From an uncultured Nitrososphaeraceae archaeon (GTDB lineage: Archaea; Thermoproteota; Nitrososphaeria; Nitrososphaerales; Nitrososphaeraceae): a stretch of DNA of 64,000 nt. The DNA is taken from assembly GCA_963779615.1 (NCBI GenBank), contig CAVZZA010000005.1, positions 576,001 through 640,000 of the forward strand, given 5' to 3'. Positions 31,949 through 41,962 of the stretch are shown in pieces. The position numbers and the translations under genes are program-made. Each line of letters begins with the position of its first letter. Within the stretch, counting starts at the first letter, position 1. Under the pieces are notes generated by a model, which did not search any database, was not told where the DNA came from, and saw only the letters and a list, made by a program, of their open reading frames with translations.

Positions 31949-32908
31949 ATGGTTATTACAAGAGCCCAAAAGGAAAAACGCGTTATCGAGCTTTACGAAC
32001 AGGGCAAAACAGTTAGGGAAATAGCAGAAGATGTTCACATGTCTTTTGCTGAAATCATCTCGATAGAAAAAAAACATACAGGAGAAGACAAGCACAAGAA
32101 AAAAATATTATCTAAAGACAGCCAGGCCTTAAAACTGTACTCTAAGGGCAAGATACCAGTAGATGTGGCATTAAATTGGATTTAAGTGCCGAGGAAGCAT
32201 GTATACTCTACAGGGAATTTTGGAAGTTGAAAGGCCTGCACGAACTAAATACAATATACGAGGAGACAAAAAACCACATGCCGTCTTTCTTAAGACATTT
32301 CAGGATGATGAGAAAGGAAGGGTTTGCAGAAAAAGACGTTTTGGAATCATTGAGGCATTCAAAACAATTGTCATCCCTTGGCCGCATTGTTGATTCACGC
32401 CGCAAAGACATAAGACTGCTGGAGCATCAAATTCAAACGATTTCTTCAAGATTTCATGATTTGCAAGAAGAGACAGAAAAACTAGAAAAACTTTCAGAAG
32501 AATATCAATCAAAAGTGGATGGATTGAGACAAAAGACAAAAATAGAATCGGCACGCCTGAAGATTGCAGAAAACTCTATTGCCGATTTCAAAACTAGCGA
32601 GGATTACCTAAAAATTAATGAAGTTATTGAGAGCGAGGTAACTTCATTATTAAACCCTCGGTATAATTTGATAATGGCCTGTGTTGTAACAGCACTTTTG
32701 GCAATAAGGAATGACCCCGACAAGGATGTTTTAATTCATTATTTTGACTATTATAACAACCCCAGAAATCATTTATAGCGTTACAAGCAATGTGGAAAGT
32801 TATATTCAAGCAAACCACCCGCAACTACTGGAAACAGTCAGCATGTTCCTTGATAAAACTTTAAAGGCAGTTCACAATCAAATATTTCACTCGTTGCCAA
32901 GACAATAA
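31949..32908 (+). pseudogene. HTH plus coiled-coil protein, copy 2 (two frameshifts)
   Basis: Track ORFs 31949-32185 and 32176-32778, plus a third-frame tail NVESYIQANHPQLLETVSMFLDKTLKAVHNQIFHSLPRQ* ending at 32908 that is homologous to the copy 1 tail. Confidence 0.8.
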
Positions 32909-33620
32909 CATTTCAACATAATGGCCGTGTTGGAACTGCACAATGTTTTATCAAAAAAAAGAGAGGAGTTACTGATTTGCAAGAAGGTCATGGTAATGGG
33001 GAACATCATAACCTCTTATTTTTTGGCAGAACAAAATGGGGAAAACCTTACGGCATTTATGGAAACTAATCGAAATTATGGAACACATCTTTGTCAATGG
33101 TCGGTCTCATTACCACCAAACAACAACAGGCAAATGATTAAAAATATGGGTAAAAGCTGATGTAAAAATATCAAGAACGTTATGCCCATATAGCAGGTGT
33201 TAACCAGCCATGTTTGGCTACTTCATCCAAAAGGCATTATCCATTCTCATTACCGCAATAGATCTTTACGATTGTAATAATTCAAAGGAAGTAACACCTG
33301 TATGCGGATGTCAATAGATGCGAACACATCAAAAATTGTTTGGTCATGATGACAAATACAGGTAAAAGATTGTCTTTGCAAGACTAGAGAGCCTTTGGAC
33401 TATTAGACCATGAATTTAAAAAAAAATCGTCTGCCGCACTTAGCCAAAGGGAAGAAAAGAATCACGACATTCGCTTTACGTGCAGATTGAGACCGCTGCA
33501 ATTATAAGCAGTTTGATTACCCATGACACGAAATTCAGTTCAGTCTGAAGGCAAGCAAAAGAGACATGCAAATGGTCAAGGCAGATAAACTTTCATATAT
33601 TGCGGCCATTCAAGAATGCT

Positions 33621-33746
33621 ATGAGTAACGTAAAAGCTTCAGAGGAAAATACAGAGTCTCCTTCCACATACGCAAACGATGCCTACAAAGAGTTTAGAAA
33701 AAAGGAAAAGGAAAAGGAAAAGGAAAAGCCTGAAAGCACACAATAA
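33621..33746 (+). CDS. Putative 41-aa charged microprotein
   Basis: MSNVKASEENTESPSTYANDAYKEFRKKEKEKEKEKPESTQ*, preceded by an AT-rich TATA-like stretch near 33590-33600. Confidence 0.35.
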   Translation: MSNVKASEENTESPSTYANDAYKEFRKKEKEKEKEKPESTQ

Positions 33747-33920
33747 TAAAATTTTCTTGAAAACCCATCCATCATCTTGCACAAATTTAAAAAAAAATTA
33801 TCCTTGTTTTCAGTTTTTGGAAGGAAACAGCCCATTTATTTGACATGGATGTGACATCATTGATACCACTTGCATTACAAACAAGTTAATGGTAAGAAAA
33901 ATTTTTAGGTTTCCCTTGTG

Positions 33921-34211
33921 TCAATCATTCCTTTTCTTTCCGTTCTGCGCATTCGCCTTTAAATATTTGAATAGTATGACCCAGGTGGTAGCTCTAAGGT
34001 TTCCCTCTATCCTGTGACCCAAAAGAAACAAGGCGATTGCCACCACAAACAAAATCAGGCCAAAAAACGGGTTTGTGTTTTTATCTATAAAATAACCTAA
34101 CAATATCATCAGGATCGCTAAAAAATACAACAATAATCCGACAGCATGCAGCAATCTATTAGCAGGGTGTCTGTGAGTGTTTTTTATGGCCTTAATCAAG
34201 CTAAATCTCAT
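33921..34211 (-). CDS. DUF962/Mpo1-like membrane protein
   Basis: H.HPANR.LH..G and GH..EGN motifs. Confidence 0.8.
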   Translation of the reverse strand: MRFSLIKAIKNTHRHPANRLLHAVGLLLYFLAILMILLGYFIDKNTNPFFGLILFVVAIALFLLGHRIEGNLRATTWVILFKYLKANAQNGKKRND

Positions 34212-34872
34212 TTATTCATAATAGGAGAGAAAAATTTAATATTTGCTACTTCAATGCAATGTTTCAACAACAGACATAGAATGGACCGGTTTTATGCTGC
34301 CTCTGAATGTTAAGACAATTTTTCCGACTTTTGATAGGAATAGAAAGTTCAGTCAAATAATTGGTTTGGGTTTTTATTTTGTCGATTTAATTATGTTAAA
34401 CATGTTTTAAGTTTGTTTAATCTAGTCTATAGCGCATTTTTTAGGTTTATACTGATCGCAAAAAATCATAACATTGTTTCCTTTACAATACCATTAAAAG
34501 CCATTTATGGGTTACGACTGTAAAGAAGTGCTGTAATTGCCACTGCTCTACATTTTGTAGAAAGAGGCTTGTTTCTTATATCCGAAATATTTGTGTTACT
34601 ACAACATCATACATGCGAGGAGACACATATGACATATCATTTTTTTATTAAAGAAAGATAGCCTCACATCTTTTTTGATTTGTTCAGTTTAGCATATCCT
34701 AGAGCACATAGCATAAAAAGATGAAACGGATTGCCCTGACTTGAAATGAAGTTATTAAAAAAACTTTAAATCAAGAACTGATCTATTCAGAAGTCTTTAC
34801 AAAACTAATTCAAAAAATTTCTTATCATCGCACACTTAACACCATTCTTAACCAGTTTAGAGGTACAATGAT

Positions 34873-35551
34873 GGCCCTGTTAACTTAACGAAAATCCTAT
34901 AGCTTGAAGATGTCCATTTCCTGTATGCGCATTAAGAGAAACAGAACACCTTCAGAACACATTGGCCATGGTTTGTATTTGTACTTTCTTGGTTTGTCGA
35001 CTAGAAATGTAGCCAAAGCGTTGTCTTTTTTGCACATTGTAAAGAGGAGCCATGTTGCAATCTGGAAGTGGATTCAGAAACATCTACCCAAAAGGATATC
35101 CTCAAAGAGAAAGAGAATTTCTGAATTCATGGTTGACGAGACGGCAATTAAGGCCGGTTCGGAATGCATCTGGTTGTGGGGCGCCATCGAGCCAAAAGAC
35201 AGGCAGTCTCTCGCACTGTCAATCTCCAAAGAGAGAAACATGTTCGTGGCAGAGAGGTTTATTGCAGGTTTGTCTAGGATTCATGGGAAGCATCCGGTTT
35301 CAACGGATGGTGGAACTTGGTATCCGCAGGCTTGCCGGTCTCCTGAAGCTAAATCACCATATCCATCCCCTTCGGAGAAAAGCATTGTTGAAAGGACAAT
35401 GCAGTGCGTCAAGGACATGACAGAATGCTTTGACGACTATTTCCCTTGCAGCAGAAAGAAGGGTTGCAATCTCATCCATATCAAAAACTGGCTCAGCTTA
35501 GTTGCGACAATGCATAACAAGGAAATGCTAAACGCTTAAGTTAACAGGGCC
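34873..35551 (+). mobile_element. IS6-family insertion sequence, 679 bp
   Basis: Perfect 16-bp TIRs GGCCCTGTTAACTTAA (34873-34888 and 35536-35551). Flanks ACAATGAT and ACAACGAT form an 8-bp target duplication with one mismatch. Confidence 0.93.
34904..35539 (+). CDS. IS6-family DDE transposase
   Basis: GLS.R, SHVAIW.W, VDET.IK, TDGG.WY and IVER motifs. The stop codon lies inside the right TIR. Confidence 0.9.
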   Translation: MKMSISCMRIKRNRTPSEHIGHGLYLYFLGLSTRNVAKALSFLHIVKRSHVAIWKWIQKHLPKRISSKRKRISEFMVDETAIKAGSECIWLWGAIEPKDRQSLALSISKERNMFVAERFIAGLSRIHGKHPVSTDGGTWYPQACRSPEAKSPYPSPSEKSIVERTMQCVKDMTECFDDYFPCSRKKGCNLIHIKNWLSLVATMHNKEMLNA

Positions 35552-35602
35552 ACAACGATATACTCCCAATTTATTAGGGAAGGAATAGTTTAGGATCAAA
35601 TC

Positions 35603-35977
35603 TTGAACAATAAGACATTATTGTATGCAGCTGCTGCATCTACGTTTATAGCTGGTGTATTACATCTCGCAATTGTTCCGATGTTTTTTATGCAAATGTC
35701 CAAAGACATTACAATATTCTTTATCGTCTCAGGCCTAGCTCAAATATTTTGGGTTATACCTGTCATTAAGGGGTGGATCAAGCCTTGGTATTATGTCGGC
35801 ATAGGGGGAACAATTATTCTGATAATAATGTACCTCATTGCAGTACCAGGAAGTGGGTACCCAGTAAGTCAATTAGATATAGCAATAGAACTCTTTCAAA
35901 TTGCATTCGTAATTCTGTGCAGTATAATAATTGCAAAAAATAGAGCGGAAATGAAATTGGACAAGAAAAACGTCTAG
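35603..35977 (+). CDS. Hypothetical membrane protein (about 4 TM)
   Basis: AG..HL, FF..SG.AQ, WYY.GI.GT and a TM glutamate. Confidence 0.7.
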   Translation: MNNKTLLYAAAASTFIAGVLHLAIVPMFFMQMSKDITIFFIVSGLAQIFWVIPVIKGWIKPWYYVGIGGTIILIIMYLIAVPGSGYPVSQLDIAIELFQIAFVILCSIIIAKNRAEMKLDKKNV

Positions 35978-36049
35978 TCCTGCCTGTCACACACGACAGG
36001 TAATTTCCATTACAAAGCGAATATATCAATAATTAACAGTAGATATATG

Positions 36050-36236
36050 GCAATTCATCGGCATATTAGAACTGAATCAGCAGTCTTAACCTCTGCATGG
36101 ATTATGCTCTTTCCACCAAGAGTATTGTTGCCGTAGATTTCTTTAGCACCAAACTCTTGTAAAAATTTATAGCCTTTCCAGTTTCATCTACTACAAGGTA
36201 TGGTTTGTGCGTGGAGTTACCAATTGTTGTCTTCAT
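36050..36236 (-). pseudogene. PhnB/VOC-family N-terminal relic
   Basis: Manual translation MKTTIGNSTHKPYLVVDETGKAINFYK / FGAKEIY...GKSIIHAEVKTADSVL / ADE. Paralogous to 3229-3615. Confidence 0.6.
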
Positions 36237-36414
36237 GAAGTTTGATAGCAATAAGATAGCTCATGAACACATCTATTGGGATCAAGCATCGCTGTTAGCT
36301 CAGATATGTCTTATTGATTTAGAAATTCTACCTGCATAGGATTTTGAACTAACAATAAAAATCAGCAAAAGATATGGAAAATTTGGTTATTAACTTTTTG
36401 AATAAAGGCCATAT

Positions 36415-36882
36415 TACTATGGAGATTGCAAAACGGCATCCTTGCCCCTTTCATCGCATACAAACAACATTTTTACAATTTCATCGCTTGTACAACTCTA
36501 ATATTCAAATTTGGATATGTTGTCGCCCTTAGCTCTCTGTATCTTCTGTTTGTTGGTGAGAACATCGTTCATCTCAAGAAAGCGAGTCATGGCAACAATG
36601 AAAAGGTTGACAAAGGCAGGAGATTTAAAACAGATTTCATCTCATCCAAAATGCCCATCATCTCATACCCTATAGCCCTGGATCCTTTTTTATGATTTCA
36701 TCCAAAGACAAAGATCGGTTCTCAGGCCTTGACATATAATATTTATCCAAGAAATGAGAATAGACTTTTTTTTAGTTGCATGTGTATTTAAGCAAATGAC
36801 AAAGTTTCTAAATAAGGATTATCATTACAGTCCTCTGCATCGCTTTTGTTGTTGTGGATGTCGACGATGCTGAGGCGGTCAT
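36415..36882 (-). pseudogene. Tyrosine recombinase/integrase N-terminal relic
   Basis: Across frameshifts: FRNFVICLNTHATKK / VYSHFLDKY...IIKKDP / ...FLEMNDVLTNKQKIQRAKG...Y*SCTSDEIVKMLFVCDERGK.AVL. Resembles thaumarchaeal integrase core-binding regions and ends just before the expected TGxR motif. Confidence 0.6.
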
Positions 36883-37095
36883 TAATATATACACATAAAA
36901 ACGTATTTTCTGACAATTAAAGACCCTAGATCATTGATTTAACTCCAATTAAAAAAACTAATCATAGAACCACAGATAAAACTAGATAATAACCAAATCA
37001 GAAGAGAGAACGATCTCGTAGATGATTTTCTTTATCAAGTATTACAATATTCATTCACAATAATTAAATACAAATCCAAACAATGAGAGAACATA

Positions 37096-37269
37096 ATGAT
37101 TAAAATGGAAATTTTTAACGCTGTCCTGACAGATACTGCAATGAAAGAAATCAACACCTTTTTTGAGGCAGGAAACAGAAAGTTAATAAACATTCAGTTA
37201 TCCGACAATCCCATCAGTGGCAGCAATGATCCCCTAAGATTCATCGTATTTTATGAAGAAACAGAATAA
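37096..37269 (+). CDS. 57-aa microprotein, Cse60/DUF2758-like pattern
   Basis: MIKMEIFNAVLTDTAMKEINTFFEAGNRKLINIQLSDNPISGSNDPLRFIVFYEETE*; below the track length cutoff. Confidence 0.55.
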   Translation: MIKMEIFNAVLTDTAMKEINTFFEAGNRKLINIQLSDNPISGSNDPLRFIVFYEETE

Positions 37270-37415
37270 TAGGAAAGAAAAGGAGAAGAGGGACAAAAAG
37301 TCGCCAGTTGTTTTTTTTTTGATTGATTATATCTTTGCGCTCTTTATATTCAAAGAGTAGTTCGGCGACCAAACGAAAAAAAAATAAAATTCAATCGAGT
37401 CAAAAGACGGCAAGG

Positions 37416-37805
37416 CTACACAGGTTCGTCCGAGCCATAAAAAACGCTGGACTTTATTATTAGCCCGTCCTCAAATTCAAATTTCTCTATCACGGAGGTT
37501 TTGCTCTTTCCGTCCAGAGTGGCGTAATACTCGAATATGCATACTTTTTTTTGGAACATGATTTCTTTGGGCGTAAAACGCAAATTAGGAAAGTTGTTCT
37601 TCAGGGCCTTGGTCCAATACCCCTCAAGGTCGCTTTTGCGGGTTATCTTTGATGATTTCCTTTCAGGAAACACCACTTTGATTTTGGGGCTGGAGAATTC
37701 AACACTGTCTGAGTACATTGAGAGAACGGTTTTTAGGTCATGGTTGTTCCATGCGTTTACCCACTTTTCTATATGCCCCTTTACAAATGAATCAGAACAA
37801 CCCAC
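37416..37805 (-). CDS. NTF2/SnoaL-like domain protein
   Basis: W..AWN.HDL.....YSD..EF.SP...L..YW..AL...P.L.F pattern. Confidence 0.85.
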   Translation of the reverse strand: MGCSDSFVKGHIEKWVNAWNNHDLKTVLSMYSDSVEFSSPKIKVVFPERKSSKITRKSDLEGYWTKALKNNFPNLRFTPKEIMFQKKVCIFEYYATLDGKSKTSVIEKFEFEDGLIIKSSVFYGSDEPV

Positions 37806-38071
37806 CTTACTTTTTTGAGGTACCTTTTCTTTTATTTAAATTTTCGTTACTGTCATCAATAACAACATTTATTTCAAAAGCATCGTATGGCGAACATTTG
37901 TGGCATCATTGTCATAAACAATCGTAGACCCAACACCATATCAGTATGGGAACTACATGGAGATCAGGACACCTTGAGTCACACAAATCAAAACTGGCAT
38001 TGGTTTTTGCAAGTCCAGCAATGGCTATTTTCGCTTGGGAAAACCCATATCTTACAAGTGGGGATCCACTA

Positions 38072-38371
38072 CTATTCAATCAACTGCAAATCCAAAGAAC
38101 GCAGGTCAAACTCACGTCTCCATCTGTTTTTCAGGCCTTTTTTGCCCTTTTTCCCACACAACAATGAATAACTCTTTGGTACAATCACACATACTTTAAC
38201 GCCTAACTTGTTGCAATCATCAAAATCGTTTCTCTTTCCCCATATCGCTAATTTCCAATTTATAGCATTCACATCTTGATTTTTGTAAGGATGCTCAACT
38301 TGTTTCTTCTTTGGGTAAAACCATTTCTCTTGTTTTCCACCCATTCTTAATCGCATCAACACAATAAACAC
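38072..38371 (-). CDS. Hypothetical protein (possibly a fragment)
   Basis: ORF only; no family recognised. Confidence 0.25.
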   Translation of the reverse strand: MFIVLMRLRMGGKQEKWFYPKKKQVEHPYKNQDVNAINWKLAIWGKRNDFDDCNKLGVKVCVIVPKSYSLLCGKKGKKGLKNRWRREFDLRSLDLQLIE

Positions 38372-38462
38372 ATAATTTCTGCTGCAACTATTGATTTTTT
38401 AATCGGTAACACATAGCTCCAGGGTTTGGTGATATTTATGGAGATTGACAGGTTAAAATGTT

Positions 38463-39464
38463 TTAATGATTTCCATAAAGATTATATATTTTACCGGTAG
38501 CCTCATTGGCATAATCCCAGATATCAAGGTTTTCGGGCAATTGTTTGAATATGTATTTTTGCTTGACATCCAGTGTGTCAAGCAATTTTTGGCCCATCAC
38601 AATGTGATCGGGTTTTGCAAGTGAGGTCATTTTAACTGCCAAGCCTACGGTATACCCAATAATGTCAAGTCGTGGTTTTTTGATTAAGGTTTTTTTGATT
38701 TCTTCAACATCCATCCCATATTGGACCACTGCAACTTCACCAAAATCCATCCCTATTCTTACCTGTAGTTCAGGGTAATGGTACTGGTTTAGTATTGGGT
38801 TAATGCCCTCCTGCACCACTTTAATCATTGTATAGGCACAACCTATTGCATTACTGTGTTGAAGTAAATGGAAACTATTGTCACTATCTTTAGGCTTCCC
38901 ATCCATATTGGCACTGTTTTCTCCATCATCCATAGTACCACCTATTACAAAAAATGCCAAAACCGCATCCCCAATATATTTTAGGACAAACCCACCATAC
39001 ACCGATACCACAAGAGACATCTCCTGGGCAAATGACCGAATTATGGCTGTAAATCTGTCAATGGGCAGAGAAAGGGACATTCTGGTGGAACCCACCAAAT
39101 CAACATGTAAAATTACGAGATTGACTTTTGATCCCGCACATTTTTCCAAAACACCTTGTGTTTTTGCCGATGAGGTGTTAAAGTCAGGTTTTGCCCTTAA
39201 GGCCTTCCAAATCCTGATTTGAGACTCTTTTACCATAGAAGGGACATCAATGGCTGCATCAGGGTTCTGCGGATGCTTTTGATTGTTTAATAGAAAATTT
39301 GATATGCTATTTGTAAATCCTTCTTGCTCTTTCTTTTTTTCATTTTCAATTACCTCCAACACGGCATCAGTGCTGACGTCTAATTCAAGTGCTATTATCT
39401 CCGGGTCTATTCCTGATTCATATAGATTTAGTATGGTGTTTCTTTGTTCTACTGAATCAGGCAA
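38463..39464 (-). CDS. Class III adenylate/guanylate cyclase with N-terminal HTH-like segment
   Basis: VDLVGST, KYIGDAV, RIGMDFG and DIIG motifs; the K and D specificity residues suggest ATP. Confidence 0.88.
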   Translation of the reverse strand: MPDSVEQRNTILNLYESGIDPEIIALELDVSTDAVLEVIENEKKKEQEGFTNSISNFLLNNQKHPQNPDAAIDVPSMVKESQIRIWKALRAKPDFNTSSAKTQGVLEKCAGSKVNLVILHVDLVGSTRMSLSLPIDRFTAIIRSFAQEMSLVVSVYGGFVLKYIGDAVLAFFVIGGTMDDGENSANMDGKPKDSDNSFHLLQHSNAIGCAYTMIKVVQEGINPILNQYHYPELQVRIGMDFGEVAVVQYGMDVEEIKKTLIKKPRLDIIGYTVGLAVKMTSLAKPDHIVMGQKLLDTLDVKQKYIFKQLPENLDIWDYANEATGKIYNLYGNH

Positions 39465-40020
39465 ACAACCACTTCCTTAATCAAGGTACAAATAACCTGT
39501 CGCAATATAAGTATGACATCATATGCAGAGGGGCCCCCATAAAGATAAGGAAAGGGATGTGGGTTTTGTCTTTGGCTATGGATTGTGAAATACCAAACAA
39601 GAAAAAGAACAGAATCAAAGAATACAAAACATTGTGCAGCAGGTGCTTTCAACCAAATGGTCTTTTGTTGGGAAATACATTTAAACCCGCCTTCAAATTT
39701 GTGCAAAAATCCAGGCCTCAGCAAGAGGTTGATTTCAAAACAACAAAACCAAAAAATGCATTTGCAGAAAGCCAATTTAGGAGAATTTGGATCTTTTCTT
39801 TTAGATTGTATGATAAAACAAAAAATACATGGCGTTAGTTTTTTGTATAACAAATGAAGGGTTTATCCCTTCTTTTGGCCATTTAGCATGACACAGTGTT
39901 TCACATCACCATTATCAAAATGACTACCACCAATGTGCGTTTGCAAGTTAATGCAAAAATACAAAACATTGCATCAAAGGATATTTTACCTTCACCACCA
40001 TTATAGGAAAATGCACAAAG

Positions 40021-40611
40021 ATGACAGAATTAAACAATGCTCCAAAAGGATGGAAAATAATTTCCAGCAAAAGCGTTTACTCTGACTATTTTATCAACCT
40101 GTATGAAGATACCCTTGACGTAAACGGCAAAGAAAAAATATACATAAGAGGGATTAGAAAAGACTATTCAACCGTAGTTCCGTTTATTTCAAGCGATGAG
40201 ATACTGATTATAAAAAGCTATAGGCACATAGTGGACTCTGTTGAGATTGAGGTTCCCTCAGGTTACATTGACGAGGGTGAATCCGCAAAACAGGCAGCAG
40301 TAAGGGAGCTTGGAGAGGAAACAGGCTACAGTGCCAAAGACGTCACATCAATAGGCTCGTACACCCTTGACTACTCCATGTTTGAGCAAAGGGGAAACAT
40401 TTTCATCGCATATGGCTTGTCCAAAGAACAGGAACAGTCTCTAGGCGTAATGGAAAGGATAGAAACCGAAATAATGAAGGTAAAGGAAATAGAGAAATTA
40501 CTATTGGAGGGAAGGATATCAAACGCAGCATCCATTGTTGCCTTGTATAGGGCTTTAGACTACCACAAAAAAAAAGGTGAATACGGTCACCTGCCAAATC
40601 CACAACCTTAG
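40021..40611 (+). CDS. NUDIX hydrolase (ADP-ribose pyrophosphatase-like)
   Basis: Nudix box GYIDEGESAKQAAVRELGEETGY. Confidence 0.92.
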   Translation: MTELNNAPKGWKIISSKSVYSDYFINLYEDTLDVNGKEKIYIRGIRKDYSTVVPFISSDEILIIKSYRHIVDSVEIEVPSGYIDEGESAKQAAVRELGEETGYSAKDVTSIGSYTLDYSMFEQRGNIFIAYGLSKEQEQSLGVMERIETEIMKVKEIEKLLLEGRISNAASIVALYRALDYHKKKGEYGHLPNPQP

Positions 40612-41129
40612 TCGATCAATTCCAAAAGTCATTTGAATCCATATAAGGCCAATAAAATCATCCCCTCAAAAAAAGAATTAAAGTATGATGGTTATTTTCC
40701 CCATTATGTTAAAAAACGCAAGCCAAAGCAAACAGTCAAGCAGTTTAAACCACAAGAAAGGGCAATGCACCAAAATCCCTGAATAAGAAACAAAATCTTT
40801 TTTTTCAATCTACTTTGCTCGATTTTATCTTACCCAGTTGTCCGCTCACATATTTTCCTTTCATCTTTTTTACAAGTTTTTTTCATGCTATAAACCTCTT
40901 CACCGTTTTTGTTGTTTATTGGTTCAATTGCTTTGCATTTTATTTTGAACCGCCATATTGCTGATGGCATCTGGAGAAATAAACGAAAATAACATTTGTT
41001 TTGTTGCATGCAAATTTAAAATCAAAACACAAGGAAAAATGGTTTGCAGGTGATGACTTTAAAAACAGAAGCATGCAATACGAAAATCAGAACAATAAAG
41101 TTATGGAAAAGCCTTAAATAAACAATGCA

Positions 41130-41288
41130 TCATTTTAGCCGGCGCTTGTCACTGCATTCTTTACAAACATCTAAAGACAACAGAACACTGTTAGGCCTGT
41201 CAAAATAGTATTTTGGCTTTTTATTCATTATTCTAGAGCAGTGTACACAAATAACGTTCCTGTATACTTCGTCTATTTCTATAGTCAT
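41130..41288 (-). CDS. 52-aa zinc-ribbon microprotein
   Basis: CVHC...CKEC; ATG at 41288. Confidence 0.6.
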   Translation of the reverse strand: MTIEIDEVYRNVICVHCSRIMNKKPKYYFDRPNSVLLSLDVCKECSDKRRLK

Positions 41289-41311
41289 AGTATTGGACAG
41301 ATAACAAAATA

Positions 41312-41632
41312 TTAAGGCCTTTCTGTATCCTTTGCGATAATCATTCTCTGAATTCGTTTCCAAGCCTGCAAGGTTTGATAATCGGTAGCACGATTGATAT
41401 ACGAGCCTCTTAATTTGCCATACATTTCAAACTGGTACTCAAACCCTCTTTGTATCCTCTGTAGAACCTCATCCCTCTCGGTGCCCACTATTACAGATTC
41501 GGTATTATTATTTTGAAAATCGTGATAAATCTCATCACTTGCGATTTTGATGACCCCCAAATGAATATCCACCTTGACTGGCCTAAACTGCACTCCATTG
41601 ATGGGGTCAGGCTGAAATAGAAACTTTGCCAT
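41312..41632 (-). CDS. Hypothetical protein
   Basis: ATG at 41632 (MAKFLFQPDP...) with globular-protein composition; tandem with the zinc-ribbon gene. Confidence 0.55.
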   Translation of the reverse strand: MAKFLFQPDPINGVQFRPVKVDIHLGVIKIASDEIYHDFQNNNTESVIVGTERDEVLQRIQRGFEYQFEMYGKLRGSYINRATDYQTLQAWKRIQRMIIAKDTERP

Positions 41633-41962
41633 GTATAACCTTATAAAAACAAACAACTCCAATATGCTTTACGCTGTGTAGTATAGTGTTAACGTCAATA
41701 CAACCACAATAGCATCATGACATAACCCATTCAAAAAGACACCAGATGTAAAAAAAAGCTTTGCAAAACACTACACCATTTATTGCTGATTACATGTTTT
41801 ATTTTGCAGTATTCTTTTTTTACGCAGAAAATAACAACAACCAAGGCTATTTGGCATATACTTGATGTATGAACAGCAGCCCTTTCAATAACAACGTTTT
41901 CACAAGATGACAAAAGGAGGATGAAGATGTACGCTCTACCCAAAAGCCCCCTTAAGTGGGAC

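Noticed and set aside
31771-32016. 81-aa ORF over the conserved leader of HTH copy 2
   Set aside because: The frame is not preserved in copy 1 (indels, and TAA in place of TAC), so the conservation is not protein-driven.
39389-39857. Three overlapping ORFs of 90-149 aa
   Set aside because: No recognisable motifs and mutually overlapping; probably spurious or heavily decayed.
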